Shown here: positions 29,004 through 37,478 of the stretch, in pieces
Position numbering within the stretch: the first letter of the stretch is position 1
Layout: every line of letters begins with the position of its first letter
NCBI GenBank assembly: GCA_044361935.1
Contig: JBIKHW010000001.1
Span: 1 to 52,464, forward strand
Reading direction: 5' to 3'
Length of the DNA stretch: 52,464 nucleotides
Origin: Limnohabitans sp.
GTDB taxonomy: Bacteria; Pseudomonadota; Gammaproteobacteria; Burkholderiales; Burkholderiaceae_C
Translations under genes and position numbers: made by a program
The notes under the pieces: generated by a model
Databases searched by the model: none
Told to the model about the DNA's origin: nothing
What the model saw: only the letters and a program-made list of their open reading frames with translations

Positions 29004-29237
29004 AAACAGCGCACGCTTTCTACCTGGGTTGGGGTGAAAACTGGCCATTAGGCACATTGTTTAAACCTGACTTAAAGCCAGCGTCCGGGTGGTGAGCACC
29101 CAATGGATGTTTGTGGTGAGGGTTTGAACATCCAGCGCAGCCACTTGAAGCAATTGGCCAAAACCGGCGGATTGGACGAGCACTGGGCCGGGCAAAAACT
29201 GGACAGTATGCTGGCCGTGGTGGATCGGTCCATTTGA
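29000..29237 (+). pseudogene. internally deleted HipA-like toxin remnant
   Basis: N-terminus MKTAHAFYLGWGENWPLGTL joined out of frame to C-terminal-like PGGEHPMDVCGEGLNIQRSHLKQLAK; kinase core absent. Confidence 0.65.
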
Positions 29238-29353
29238 CATTCGGCGTTCGACCACAAAAGCCCTTCAGCAGAGGGTACACATTAAAAGATCACAAATGGC
29301 TTGACACGTCATGGTCAAGACCGTGGAAGACGCACCGCTGTGATTGAAAGGGA

Positions 29354-29441
29354 TAAAAAAACCCACCGTGTTGCCACGGTGGGTTTTTGACTTGTCTAAA
29401 TCTCAAGCTGTCAGATGACAGCGTTAGATTAGAAAGTGTGG
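29354..29441 (-). terminator. porin 2 3' UTR and rho-independent terminator (88-bp repeat shared with porin 3)
   Basis: AAAAACCCACCGTG GCAA CACGGTGGGTTTTTTT; 82 of 88 bases identical to 36498-36585. Confidence 0.85.
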
Positions 29442-30610
29442 TTCACACTCAAAGTCGTGGCTTGAGCTTTGCGAGTAGCCGCTTCAGATGCTTCGCCATC
29501 ACGCTTGTACTCGTTGGTACCTGTGGCAAGAACGATGGCAGTGCGCTTGCTCAAAGCATAAACAGCGCTGATTTGGTTACCAGACAACTTCACGTTGTCT
29601 GAAGCACCTGTGCCACGCTTGTCCTTACCAGAATAGGTGGAAGCACGCAAAGTGAGGGCACCCATGGGCACAGTCACACCAAAAACGTTGACATTGATAT
29701 CGGTACCAGTTGTTTTTGTGCCTTCATCATCTGTGGCCGAGCCTTCACGATGGATGTTGGCAAAGCCCAAAGTCGCCACGCCCAGGTTGTACGAAGCGCC
29801 AATCCACTGAAGGTGTGAATCTGCAGAAGAGGCTTCGACAGCTGCAACTGCGAAAGCAGATGAGGTTGCATCTTTTCCAGCAGCAGCTTCAACGTTGCTC
29901 TTCAGCGTGTTGACACCGAAACCAGCGCTCAGAGGACCTGCAGCGTAACCAATGTGGAAGCTGGTTTGATGGCTGTCAGCTTTGCCGGTAGCGGCTGAAG
30001 CGTCGGAGTCGTTACCGTTGTTGGCAATGGCCAAGTTGGCGGTAAAGCCGCTCATGGTGGGCGATGTGAACTGAACGACGTTGTTGATGCGCTCAAAGTT
30101 GTGTGAGTTGGTATGCAGGCCGTTGGCGCTGGCAGAAGAGTTGGCTGTGCTCATACCATAAGCGCTACCGACCAAAGTGGCGGAACCAGTTTGTGTGAAG
30201 GCGTGGAAGCCAGCAGCAGCTGCAGGCACAAAACGGCCGATGCGCAGTGCACCAAAACCACCGGACAGGCCAACAGAACGCTCACGGTTACCGATGCCGG
30301 AATCAGAAGCATTGGTGGTGGAGTCAGGTGTGTGAGCACCTGTGCCAGCGCCAGCGCCAGACATCAACAAGAAGTTGGCTTTCAAGCCGCCGCCCAGGTC
30401 TTCGGTACCGCTCACGGTCAGAACCGATGTGGCCCATGTGGTGGGGCTGCCAGTGCGATCGGTTTTGACACCGACAGCAGTGTTGGACTCTTTAGCCATT
30501 GTGGTGACTTTACCCATGCTCAAGGGAGCGATATCAATCAGACCACCGATGGTCACGGAAGATTGAGCGAAAGAAGCGCCAGAAACTGTCAGAACAGCCA
30601 GAGCAAACAT
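29429..30610 (-). CDS. Gram-negative porin with truncated signal-peptide head (porin 2)
   Basis: MF-ALAVLTVSGASFA-QSSVT lacks the KK n-region; GTEDLGGGLKA, YALSKRT, NHTF; close paralog of porin 1. Confidence 0.88.
   Translation of the reverse strand: MFALAVLTVSGASFAQSSVTIGGLIDIAPLSMGKVTTMAKESNTAVGVKTDRTGSPTTWATSVLTVSGTEDLGGGLKANFLLMSGAGAGTGAHTPDSTTNASDSGIGNRERSVGLSGGFGALRIGRFVPAAAAGFHAFTQTGSATLVGSAYGMSTANSSASANGLHTNSHNFERINNVVQFTSPTMSGFTANLAIANNGNDSDASAATGKADSHQTSFHIGYAAGPLSAGFGVNTLKSNVEAAAGKDATSSAFAVAAVEASSADSHLQWIGASYNLGVATLGFANIHREGSATDDEGTKTTGTDINVNVFGVTVPMGALTLRASTYSGKDKRGTGASDNVKLSGNQISAVYALSKRTAIVLATGTNEYKRDGEASEAATRKAQATTLSVNHTF
30560..30606. repeat. 47-bp direct repeat, att-like junction 1
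   Basis: AGATTGAGCGAAAGAAGCGCCAGAAACTGTCAGAACAGCCAGAGCAA, identical to 37416-37462 (56 bp with 1 mismatch). Confidence 0.93.
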
Positions 30611-30852
30611 TGTTCCATTTTTCCACTAAGTTGGTTGAAGGTGCCTGCAGGGTGCCAAGATTTTTCCAGCATCAAAGTGATCAAAGTTGTTGGCCTGCAA
30701 CTGCACAACTGATCGCGCATCCACAGCACTATTTTTCTGCACGGCACGCACTGGAACAGCACGGCAGCGGCACGGCAAAACTGTCCTCGTAAATCGTGCC
30801 AAGCGCTCCTTCAAGCGGTTGCATTTGCGATGCACAACAGTAAGCTCAAGTG

Positions 30853-32202
30853 ATGTTGGACCGTTTTACCGCAAGCACTCACGCAAGTGCAAATGACAGC
30901 CATTACAAGACGCACGAACGCGAACGCACCGTGCCAATCCCATCAACTATCACGCCAGTGCCAGGCTATCCGCAAAAGCTTGTGATCTACAAAATCGCAG
31001 CCAGCAAGTTCTGGCAAGTGCGCTGTTGGATTGCAGGCAAGACGCACCGCAGCAGCACCCGCACACAAAGCCAGCGTGTGGCCCAAAGTTATGCACGCAC
31101 TTTTTATGAACAGCGGCTTGCGCTGTCGGCCAGTTTTTACCAACAGACGCCATCTGGCATTGACGTTTTAAGCGTCACGCCAGTAGTCAAGCCACAGCAC
31201 ACATTTGCAGCATTGGCAGCGCAGATGACTGCAAACGAACAAGCAAGAGTTGATCGCGGTGAGTTTGCACTTGGCAGTTTGAGGGTCCTACACAACCGAC
31301 TGAATGCACACATCTTGCCGCGTTGGGGTAAGCGGTCACCAACAGCTATTGATTACGCCGCCTTGCTCTCCTTCACACAATACCTCAGCAAGTGCTTTTC
31401 ATCCACAACCGTCAGCCAATACCTGATCATTGTGCGCAAGGTGCTGACTTTGGCTGTGGCAGTTGGCACACTGGACAAGCTGCCAGAGTTCCCCAAAGTC
31501 CGTGTGCAAACGACACCACGAGGCGCCTTTACGCCAACTGAATACTGGCGCATCATCCGCACCGCACGCAAGCTTCAATACACACGGCACCCAGACAGCG
31601 ACACTGCATTGAGAAGGAACTACCGCCTGCGTGCTGCAGAAAACACAATGCCGCCTGATGTTGCTTGGGCGATCGGCTTTATGGTCAATAGCTTCATACG
31701 CCCAAGTGACCTCAAAACATTGAAGCACAGGCACATCGAAGTGGTGCGCAATGACAACACCTACCTGCGCCTGACGCTGCCAGAAACCAAAAGCCACGGT
31801 CGTCCCATTGTCACACTGCAGCCAGCTGTGCGTATCTACCAACAGATGTCAAAGCACTATGCAGCCAAGAAGCTTGCTGCACCGGACGACTACTTGTTTT
31901 TGCCACACCTGCGTGACCGACACTATGCGCATTGGGTCTTGGCGTTTTACTTCAACTGGGTGTTGGCAAAGCTTGGCTTGAAGTTGGGACCACACGGCCA
32001 AGAACGCAGCTTGTATAGCCTGCGCCACTCCAGCATCACCTTCCGCTTGCTGTATGGCCAAGGCATCGACTTGCTGACTCTGGCACGCAATGCACGCACC
32101 AGCGTCGAAGTCATCAACAATCACTATGCAAGCACGGTGACTGGGGAGCAGAACATTGCATTGCTGCAAAGTCGCCGCACTCGCCAGTCATCCACATCTT
32201 GA
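30853..32202 (+). CDS. tyrosine recombinase/integrase B
   Basis: N-terminal arm-binding-like region SKFWQVRCWIAGKTHRSST, FMVNSFIRPSD, TKSH, LYSLRHS, ARNARTSVEVINNHY; start may be GTG 30931. Confidence 0.88.
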   Translation: MLDRFTASTHASANDSHYKTHERERTVPIPSTITPVPGYPQKLVIYKIAASKFWQVRCWIAGKTHRSSTRTQSQRVAQSYARTFYEQRLALSASFYQQTPSGIDVLSVTPVVKPQHTFAALAAQMTANEQARVDRGEFALGSLRVLHNRLNAHILPRWGKRSPTAIDYAALLSFTQYLSKCFSSTTVSQYLIIVRKVLTLAVAVGTLDKLPEFPKVRVQTTPRGAFTPTEYWRIIRTARKLQYTRHPDSDTALRRNYRLRAAENTMPPDVAWAIGFMVNSFIRPSDLKTLKHRHIEVVRNDNTYLRLTLPETKSHGRPIVTLQPAVRIYQQMSKHYAAKKLAAPDDYLFLPHLRDRHYAHWVLAFYFNWVLAKLGLKLGPHGQERSLYSLRHSSITFRLLYGQGIDLLTLARNARTSVEVINNHYASTVTGEQNIALLQSRRTRQSSTS

Positions 32203-32207
32203 GTGCG

Positions 32208-32651
32208 TTATTTCTTGAAGCCGTCGCGCAGCTTGACGCTGGCATTCTCGATCTGCGCATCCAACTCACCATTGCGTGTCGCAGCAATCACCGTGTCCAG
32301 CACAGCTATCAAGTTGGCCTGTTCGCCAACATCAATTGCCGTCTTGCCTTTCAGCAGCTCAAGTTGCTTGCTTCCATATGAAATCGCCAGCAGCACTTCG
32401 CCTTTTTCACCAGTCCAAAACCAAGGCTTGATGCGCACGGGAACTTCTTTGATGATTCTTGCACCCGTATCCGCATCTGCAAATGATCGGTAGCGTGTGG
32501 GTGAATAGTGTCGGCCTTCGTTCAGTGCCTCTGCCAACAGTCGCTGTTCCCCCAGCTTCATCAGCAACTTGTTGCGGCGTTTGACTAACTCAGGCAATGC
32601 ACGGGTCTTGCGTGCTGCTGTGAGCTTCAGGGTATTCAAAATGGCTGTCAT
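32208..32651 (-). CDS. conserved hypothetical protein (resembles DUF6641 from memory, unverified)
   Basis: 147 aa, GGAGA RBS, RRNKL...PWFW...YGSKQLEL...GELDAQI. Confidence 0.7.
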   Translation of the reverse strand: MTAILNTLKLTAARKTRALPELVKRRNKLLMKLGEQRLLAEALNEGRHYSPTRYRSFADADTGARIIKEVPVRIKPWFWTGEKGEVLLAISYGSKQLELLKGKTAIDVGEQANLIAVLDTVIAATRNGELDAQIENASVKLRDGFKK

Positions 32652-32863
32652 TGCCTTCTCCTTTGTGTGTGTTTGACAGCAACAACTTTATGATCGTGCA
32701 ACGCTATGGACAACCGAACGGCTATGCACCGAAACTTTGGCGGGACATTGGGTGCTGCTTGGAGAAAAGTATTTTTGCTATGCCTGCCTTGCGTCTTCAA
32801 GTGATCTGCACACAGTGCATAGATCTTGCTGAGAACCCAAGCTTTTAAGTCGATTTGGCGATT

Positions 32864-33043
32864 TCAACGCCCCAGTCGTTGCTTGCGTTGGCGTTCCACT
32901 TCGGCTTGGCGTTGCTGCAAGTCCTTCTCAGCTTTCAGAGCACGCTTGCTGTGATCGATGTTGGCCTTGATGTTGTGGATGCGTGCTTGAGGCGGCGTGA
33001 GGGGCTTGATGTGTTTGATAGGTTTGAACTCGAAGAATCTCAT
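32864..33043 (-). CDS. small basic coiled-coil hypothetical protein
   Basis: MRFFEFKPIKHIKPLTPPQARI...; 59 aa, co-oriented downstream of the polymerase-like gene. Confidence 0.5.
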   Translation of the reverse strand: MRFFEFKPIKHIKPLTPPQARIHNIKANIDHSKRALKAEKDLQQRQAEVERQRKQRLGR

Positions 33044-33091
33044 ACAACTATTTAGCAGCCTCACTTACCTACCCTGCCGTGCCTCAATGCT

Positions 33092-34684
33092 TCATCTCAC
33101 GATCTTGTCATCCACAGTTGCATACTTTGGTTCATAGCCCTGTGCTTTCGCTTCAAGTCGCGCCATACGCTGTCGATGCAGCCGTTCTTCATCAAACACT
33201 TCTTTTGGCGTTGAGTTGAAGCGTTCGTATTGCGTTGCACCCAGGCGCCAATAAGGATTGCCAGTTTCCTCTTGCAACAACAACTCGATCTTCGCCTTCA
33301 ACTCGGCACCCAAGCGTTTGTTGATCACCACAGCATCGTGGATGTTCGCAAGGACCTTGCGGCCACTTGCCTCAACAGCTGCACGCACGATGTCCATTGC
33401 GTGCGTTTCGTTGTTTTGATACAGGTATGCCACGATCTTGGCTTTGCTTGGTCTGCCACTTATCGTTTGCAAGTTAGGGTCATGCAGCAGCTCTGGCCTG
33501 TGCTGCTTAACCTGTTCAATCAACCAATCATCCAACTTGTTTTGCTCTTGTATAAACGCAAGCACCGAGGGATCTTTGACGAACCTTGCACGCTCTTCTG
33601 GGTTTTTGATGATGCTGACTAAGGCCGGATTTTGCCAAGTGCCGCCAGTGTCTTTCCAACCCTTCGTTGTCAATCGTGCACCAAAGCTAACTGCTGTGAA
33701 TGCCTGCTTCAGCAGGTCCAGCTGCAACTTAGAACTCACATTGCTGTCTTCAAGAAATGTGTAAAGCCGGACCGTGTGCATCAAGTCCTTTTTGTCTTCC
33801 AGATAGTTCAGCGTGGCCTTGAACTCATTGCGCACATCTGCACCCGGCTTGTGCTGTGCAATCCATCTAACGCCATAGCCCATCTTCCAAGCAATGACAC
33901 TGGAACGCACATCGTATTCCCAGCAGTTGCCAAGCATTGCCTTGCGCAGGTCTTTTGGCACGCTTTGAACGCTGACACCGGTGTAGTAAGTTCGGCCAAA
34001 CGCACTTAGCTTGCGGCGTTGCAAGTAGATGCCACCTGTGTGTGCGCACACGGCCAAGATCGTTTTGGCCTGCCGTGTCCTGCTTTTCTTTTGCTTAGCA
34101 TCGAACTTGTCTGACTTCGTATTGACCCAAGTGACATAGGCACTGAGGGACTCGACATCAACTTTTACAGGGTCAAACAATTCCGCCAACAAGTCTTCAG
34201 CATCATCACCAGACAACTCCGGATACAAGTGTTGGAACAACGCTTCGTTGCTTTCATCATCACCCGTTAAAAATGCGTCGATCTCACGCTCAGCTTGTTC
34301 ATCTGTCATTGCCTGCGTATTTATGGACAACGGATCTTGCATCGTCACCCACTTGGTCAGCTTTATTTTGGACACAGTGCCTTTAATGTTGCTGCCCTTG
34401 TCGGCCAGCTGCACCAATGCACAGCCGTTTTCTGCAAGCCAGCTATGCACACGCACCTTGTTCTTGCCGATCTGACCGCCCTTGTTTGCAAGTGCAGAAG
34501 TCGATATGGAATACAGATTCAGCTTGCGTTCATCCTCAGCTTGACCACGCTGCAACGCATCGAACAGCATTGCACCCAACACCTTGCAATACTTCGCCAG
34601 TGCTTTTTCTGCACTTTTAGGGGGCGTTGGGAACGCCTTGCGCAGTGCCTCAAGCACTTCAGGTTTTGGTGTCAGTTTGATCAT
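33092..34684 (-). CDS. family A (PolA/T7-like) nucleic-acid polymerase-like protein
   Basis: Ordered motifs FGRTY..SVQSVPKDLR, EYDVRSS (motif A), LLKQAFTAVSFG (motif B), YLYQ, NIHDAV (motif C). Confidence 0.6.
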   Translation of the reverse strand: MIKLTPKPEVLEALRKAFPTPPKSAEKALAKYCKVLGAMLFDALQRGQAEDERKLNLYSISTSALANKGGQIGKNKVRVHSWLAENGCALVQLADKGSNIKGTVSKIKLTKWVTMQDPLSINTQAMTDEQAEREIDAFLTGDDESNEALFQHLYPELSGDDAEDLLAELFDPVKVDVESLSAYVTWVNTKSDKFDAKQKKSRTRQAKTILAVCAHTGGIYLQRRKLSAFGRTYYTGVSVQSVPKDLRKAMLGNCWEYDVRSSVIAWKMGYGVRWIAQHKPGADVRNEFKATLNYLEDKKDLMHTVRLYTFLEDSNVSSKLQLDLLKQAFTAVSFGARLTTKGWKDTGGTWQNPALVSIIKNPEERARFVKDPSVLAFIQEQNKLDDWLIEQVKQHRPELLHDPNLQTISGRPSKAKIVAYLYQNNETHAMDIVRAAVEASGRKVLANIHDAVVINKRLGAELKAKIELLLQEETGNPYWRLGATQYERFNSTPKEVFDEERLHRQRMARLEAKAQGYEPKYATVDDKIVR

Positions 34685-34741
34685 CGTTCGTCCTTGTGTT
34701 CTTCGCCGCTACAGCAGCATCACCTCTATTTAGTGATCACA

Positions 34742-35110
34742 AGAAATAGGTGTGTGACTTTTTATCATCCCACAAAAAGTCACACGCTTATAGTAATAAC
34801 TGAAGAAGCAGCAGCCTGCCACCTGATGCCACTTGATCGGTTTGCACTTGGCTTGCCAAAAGGCCAATCCTCTGTCTTGCCAGTCCTTGCGCCACTTGGC
34901 CTGTGTGACTTGTCTGAACTGTTGCCACGATGATGCCTTGATCAATCAATCAGAAATAGGTGTGTGACTTTTTAGTCACCACACAAAAAGTCACACGCTT
35001 ATAGTAATAACTGAAGAAGCAAAGCAGTGCCACCTGATGCCACTTGATCGGTTTGCACTTGGCTTGCCGATAGGCCAATCCTCTGTCTTGCTTAGTGCTT
35101 GCGCCACTTG
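34742..35110. repeat. two ~158-bp direct repeats (period 210 bp), each with a 12-bp perfect hairpin
   Basis: 34742-34898 and 34952-35110; GTGTGACTTTTT...AAAAAGTCACAC stems and repeated GCCAC(C/T)TG boxes. Confidence 0.9.
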
Positions 35111-35280
35111 ATCTGCCTGACCACAAGCACACCGATGTCCAATCCCGTGCTTATTTCTACACCCCGTGTGCTGCAATCACCAAGGCCAGGGATCTCCGCA
35201 TCCGGCAAAAACTGCGCACTAATTTTTTGACAGTAGCTATGAAGACCTGGGCTGCACACTGCAAAGCTCACACCTCAAAT

Positions 35281-35355
35281 CAGCCCTACAGCGCACGATC
35301 AGAACTTAATTGCGTGTTGGGTAGTTGGTCGGCCTGATCGCAGCTTGTAGGGCTT
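35281..35355. repeat. 75-bp quasi-palindromic site upstream of the small recombinase
   Basis: CAGCCCTACA...AGCTTGTAGGGCTT; matching site at 36234-36308. Confidence 0.7.
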
Positions 35356-35575
35356 TCTGTGCAATCACGCCGATTTCGTGGCGCACTTGCCACAGCACTT
35401 AGACCACGCACGCAGCCAACTGGAGACCAAACACTTTATGCAATCTAATTGGACGGCATTGCACGCACTTGAGATCGAACAAGTCAGCATCAACCCGCCA
35501 AAGCATCGGGTTTCCATTGCCCACTCAGCCGACAAGATCACACACTTGCTGCACGACCTTTATTTGGACACAGCA

Positions 35576-36148
35576 ATGGCAGCAGCAAAATCACTCACAC
35601 CCGCAGAACTGCAACGAGTTCTCGCTTACATCGACACGCAGGCCTACGCACAACGCAACAGGGCAATGTTGATGATGACTGTTGCAGCTGGACTTCGCGT
35701 TTCTGAAGTTGCTGGGCTTACGCTTGGTGATGTTTTGGACAGCACGGGTGCTGTGCGCTGTGAAGTGTTTTTGGCCAGTCATCGCGTCAAACACGGACAC
35801 GCACGCACCATCTTCATCAACAGCCGTTTGCAGCAAGAACTTGCCACCTTCATTGCCACACGCACACATCACGACCCGAGCTTTCCCTTGTTTGCTTCAC
35901 ATCGCGGACCTCGATGCCACTTTTCGCCAAACACATTGGCACAGCACTTTTACTGGCTCTATCGCAAGGCTGGTGTGAGTGGTGCAAGCTCGCACAGCGG
36001 TCGCAAGACATTTTTGAGTTCGCTGGCATCGCAAGGCATCAGCGTGTTCGTTCTGGCAAAGTTGGCTGGCCACAAGGACATCAAAACCACAATGCGTTAT
36101 GTGACCACAAGCGACGATATGTTGCGCAAGGCCGTCGAACTGGTCTAA
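35576..36148 (+). CDS. small catalytic-domain-only tyrosine recombinase (190 aa, FimB/Xer-like)
   Basis: RNRAML, GLRVSE, SHSGRKT (HxxR), LAGH, TTMRY; full catalytic set. Confidence 0.9.
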   Translation: MAAAKSLTPAELQRVLAYIDTQAYAQRNRAMLMMTVAAGLRVSEVAGLTLGDVLDSTGAVRCEVFLASHRVKHGHARTIFINSRLQQELATFIATRTHHDPSFPLFASHRGPRCHFSPNTLAQHFYWLYRKAGVSGASSHSGRKTFLSSLASQGISVFVLAKLAGHKDIKTTMRYVTTSDDMLRKAVELV

Positions 36149-36233
36149 AAACCTTAACTTAAGGATTTGCAGCAGCAGATCTGCCACGCCAACTCTCAAA
36201 ATGAGACTTACGGGCATCAAGCCCCAGTCAATG

Positions 36234-36308
36234 CAGCCCTGCAACTAACCCACAAAAACGGCCGGGCTTGAGGATAGCTTAAAGGTCTGATGGTAGCTTG
36301 TAGGGCTT
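36234..36308. repeat. 75-bp quasi-palindromic site downstream of the small recombinase
   Basis: CAGCCCTGCA...AGCTTGTAGGGCTT; last 25 bp match 35331-35355 at 22 of 25 positions. Confidence 0.7.
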
Positions 36309-36497
36309 GTCTTGCTGGCACCGTGATCTGGCAAGTTGCCATCTACGCAGCCATTTGAGCTTGCTTTCTTTAAGCAATGACCAACTACAGCAGCGTCACG
36401 GCAATCGACACTTGCGCTGACGTGAAACACGACGATGCAGTCGTGCGTGCGCCTTTTGCAGCGATGTGCCCACAGCGTAAGTCCTTGCACACAGGCG

Positions 36498-36585
36498 TAA
36501 AAAAACCCACCGTGTTGCCACGGTAGGTTTTTGACTTGTCTAAATCTCAAGCTGTCAGGTGACGGCGTGGAATTAGAAAGTGTGG
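36498..36585 (-). terminator. porin 3 3' UTR and terminator
   Basis: Near-identical to 29354-29441; hairpin plus U-tract. Confidence 0.85.
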
Positions 36586-37478
36586 GTCAAAGTCACATCG
36601 TAGCCGGACTTGACAGAAGCTTTGCTGTCGTTGCCGTATGTAGTGTCGATGCGAGTGCGTTTGCTGAGGTTGTGTGTGTAACCCAAGCCGAACTTGCTGT
36701 TGGTTTTTTCACCATCAGCGTCTTCTGCAGAAGCAAAACCAGCCTTGATCACGCCAGCGCCCATAGGAACAGATACACCCACCAACATACCTTTGGTCTT
36801 AGCAGCTGTACCACCGGTCTCACCAGTACCAACTGTCAAAGTAGCAAAGCCCATGTTGTAAGCACCGTACAGGTTGGTGACTTCAGTACCGTCAGCGCCA
36901 GAGTCTTTGCCGAAACCAGCTGAGAATGGGCCTTGTGTAAAGGCCAAAGCCACACCACTGTGACGCTTAATACCAGTCAATTGATCGCCGGTGGTCAAGT
37001 GAACGCTGACAGGACCAAAGTTATTGGTATAACCAACACTAGAAGCGACTCGCAGAGTGCCGTTGGTGTTGGTTGTACGCATACCAACGGCACGCAACGC
37101 GCCAGCGCCGTCACCGCCGAATGGGTCGGCTTTGTTGTTAGCGGACAAGAAGCCAGCGGTGTATTGACGACCCAGGTTCACGGTACCGAAAGAACCGCTC
37201 AAACCAACGGTAGAGATACCGTTCCAGAAGTTAGCGTTGCCAGAGCCATCCTGCAGCTTCAGACGGTGCTCAATGTTGAAGTTAGCCTTCAAACCACCAC
37301 CCAGATCTTCGGTGCCGACCATACGGAAACGGCTACCGTGGGTTTCTGTAATAGCAGCTTTGCTGCCATCCATCTTTTGGTAAGCGATATCCAACTGACC
37401 AGACAAGGTCACGGTAGATTGAGCGAAAGAAGCGCCAGAAACTGTCAGAACAGCCAGAGCAATCAGAGTTTTTTTCAT
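36573..37478 (-). CDS. Gram-negative porin, complete (porin 3, at the presumed expression site)
   Basis: GGAGA RBS, MKKTLIALAVLTVSGASFA-QSTVT, GTEDLGGGLKA, HNLSKRT, THTF. Confidence 0.93.
   Translation of the reverse strand: MKKTLIALAVLTVSGASFAQSTVTLSGQLDIAYQKMDGSKAAITETHGSRFRMVGTEDLGGGLKANFNIEHRLKLQDGSGNANFWNGISTVGLSGSFGTVNLGRQYTAGFLSANNKADPFGGDGAGALRAVGMRTTNTNGTLRVASSVGYTNNFGPVSVHLTTGDQLTGIKRHSGVALAFTQGPFSAGFGKDSGADGTEVTNLYGAYNMGFATLTVGTGETGGTAAKTKGMLVGVSVPMGAGVIKAGFASAEDADGEKTNSKFGLGYTHNLSKRTRIDTTYGNDSKASVKSGYDVTLTHTF
37416..37462. repeat. 47-bp direct repeat, att-like junction 2
   Basis: Identical to 30560-30606. Confidence 0.93.

Larger units (their letters stand above)
30560..37462. 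mobile_element. about 6.9-kb integrative element inserted in the porin signal-peptide coding sequence
   Basis: 47-bp direct repeats 6856 bp apart, integrase next to one end, polymerase-like gene, second recombinase, visibly lower GC than the flanks. Confidence 0.75.

Noticed and set aside
34752-34785. CRP/FNR site (TGTGA...TCACA)
   Set aside because: Half-site spacing is far longer than the 6 bp required; better read as a hairpin
35378-35575. Longer 256-aa version of the small recombinase
   Set aside because: The extension has no recognisable domain; ATG 35576 gives a typical MAxAKxLT start
30560-37462. Prophage or conjugative element
   Set aside because: No capsid, terminase, tail, relaxase or T4SS genes are recognisable; at most a satellite-like or mobilisable element
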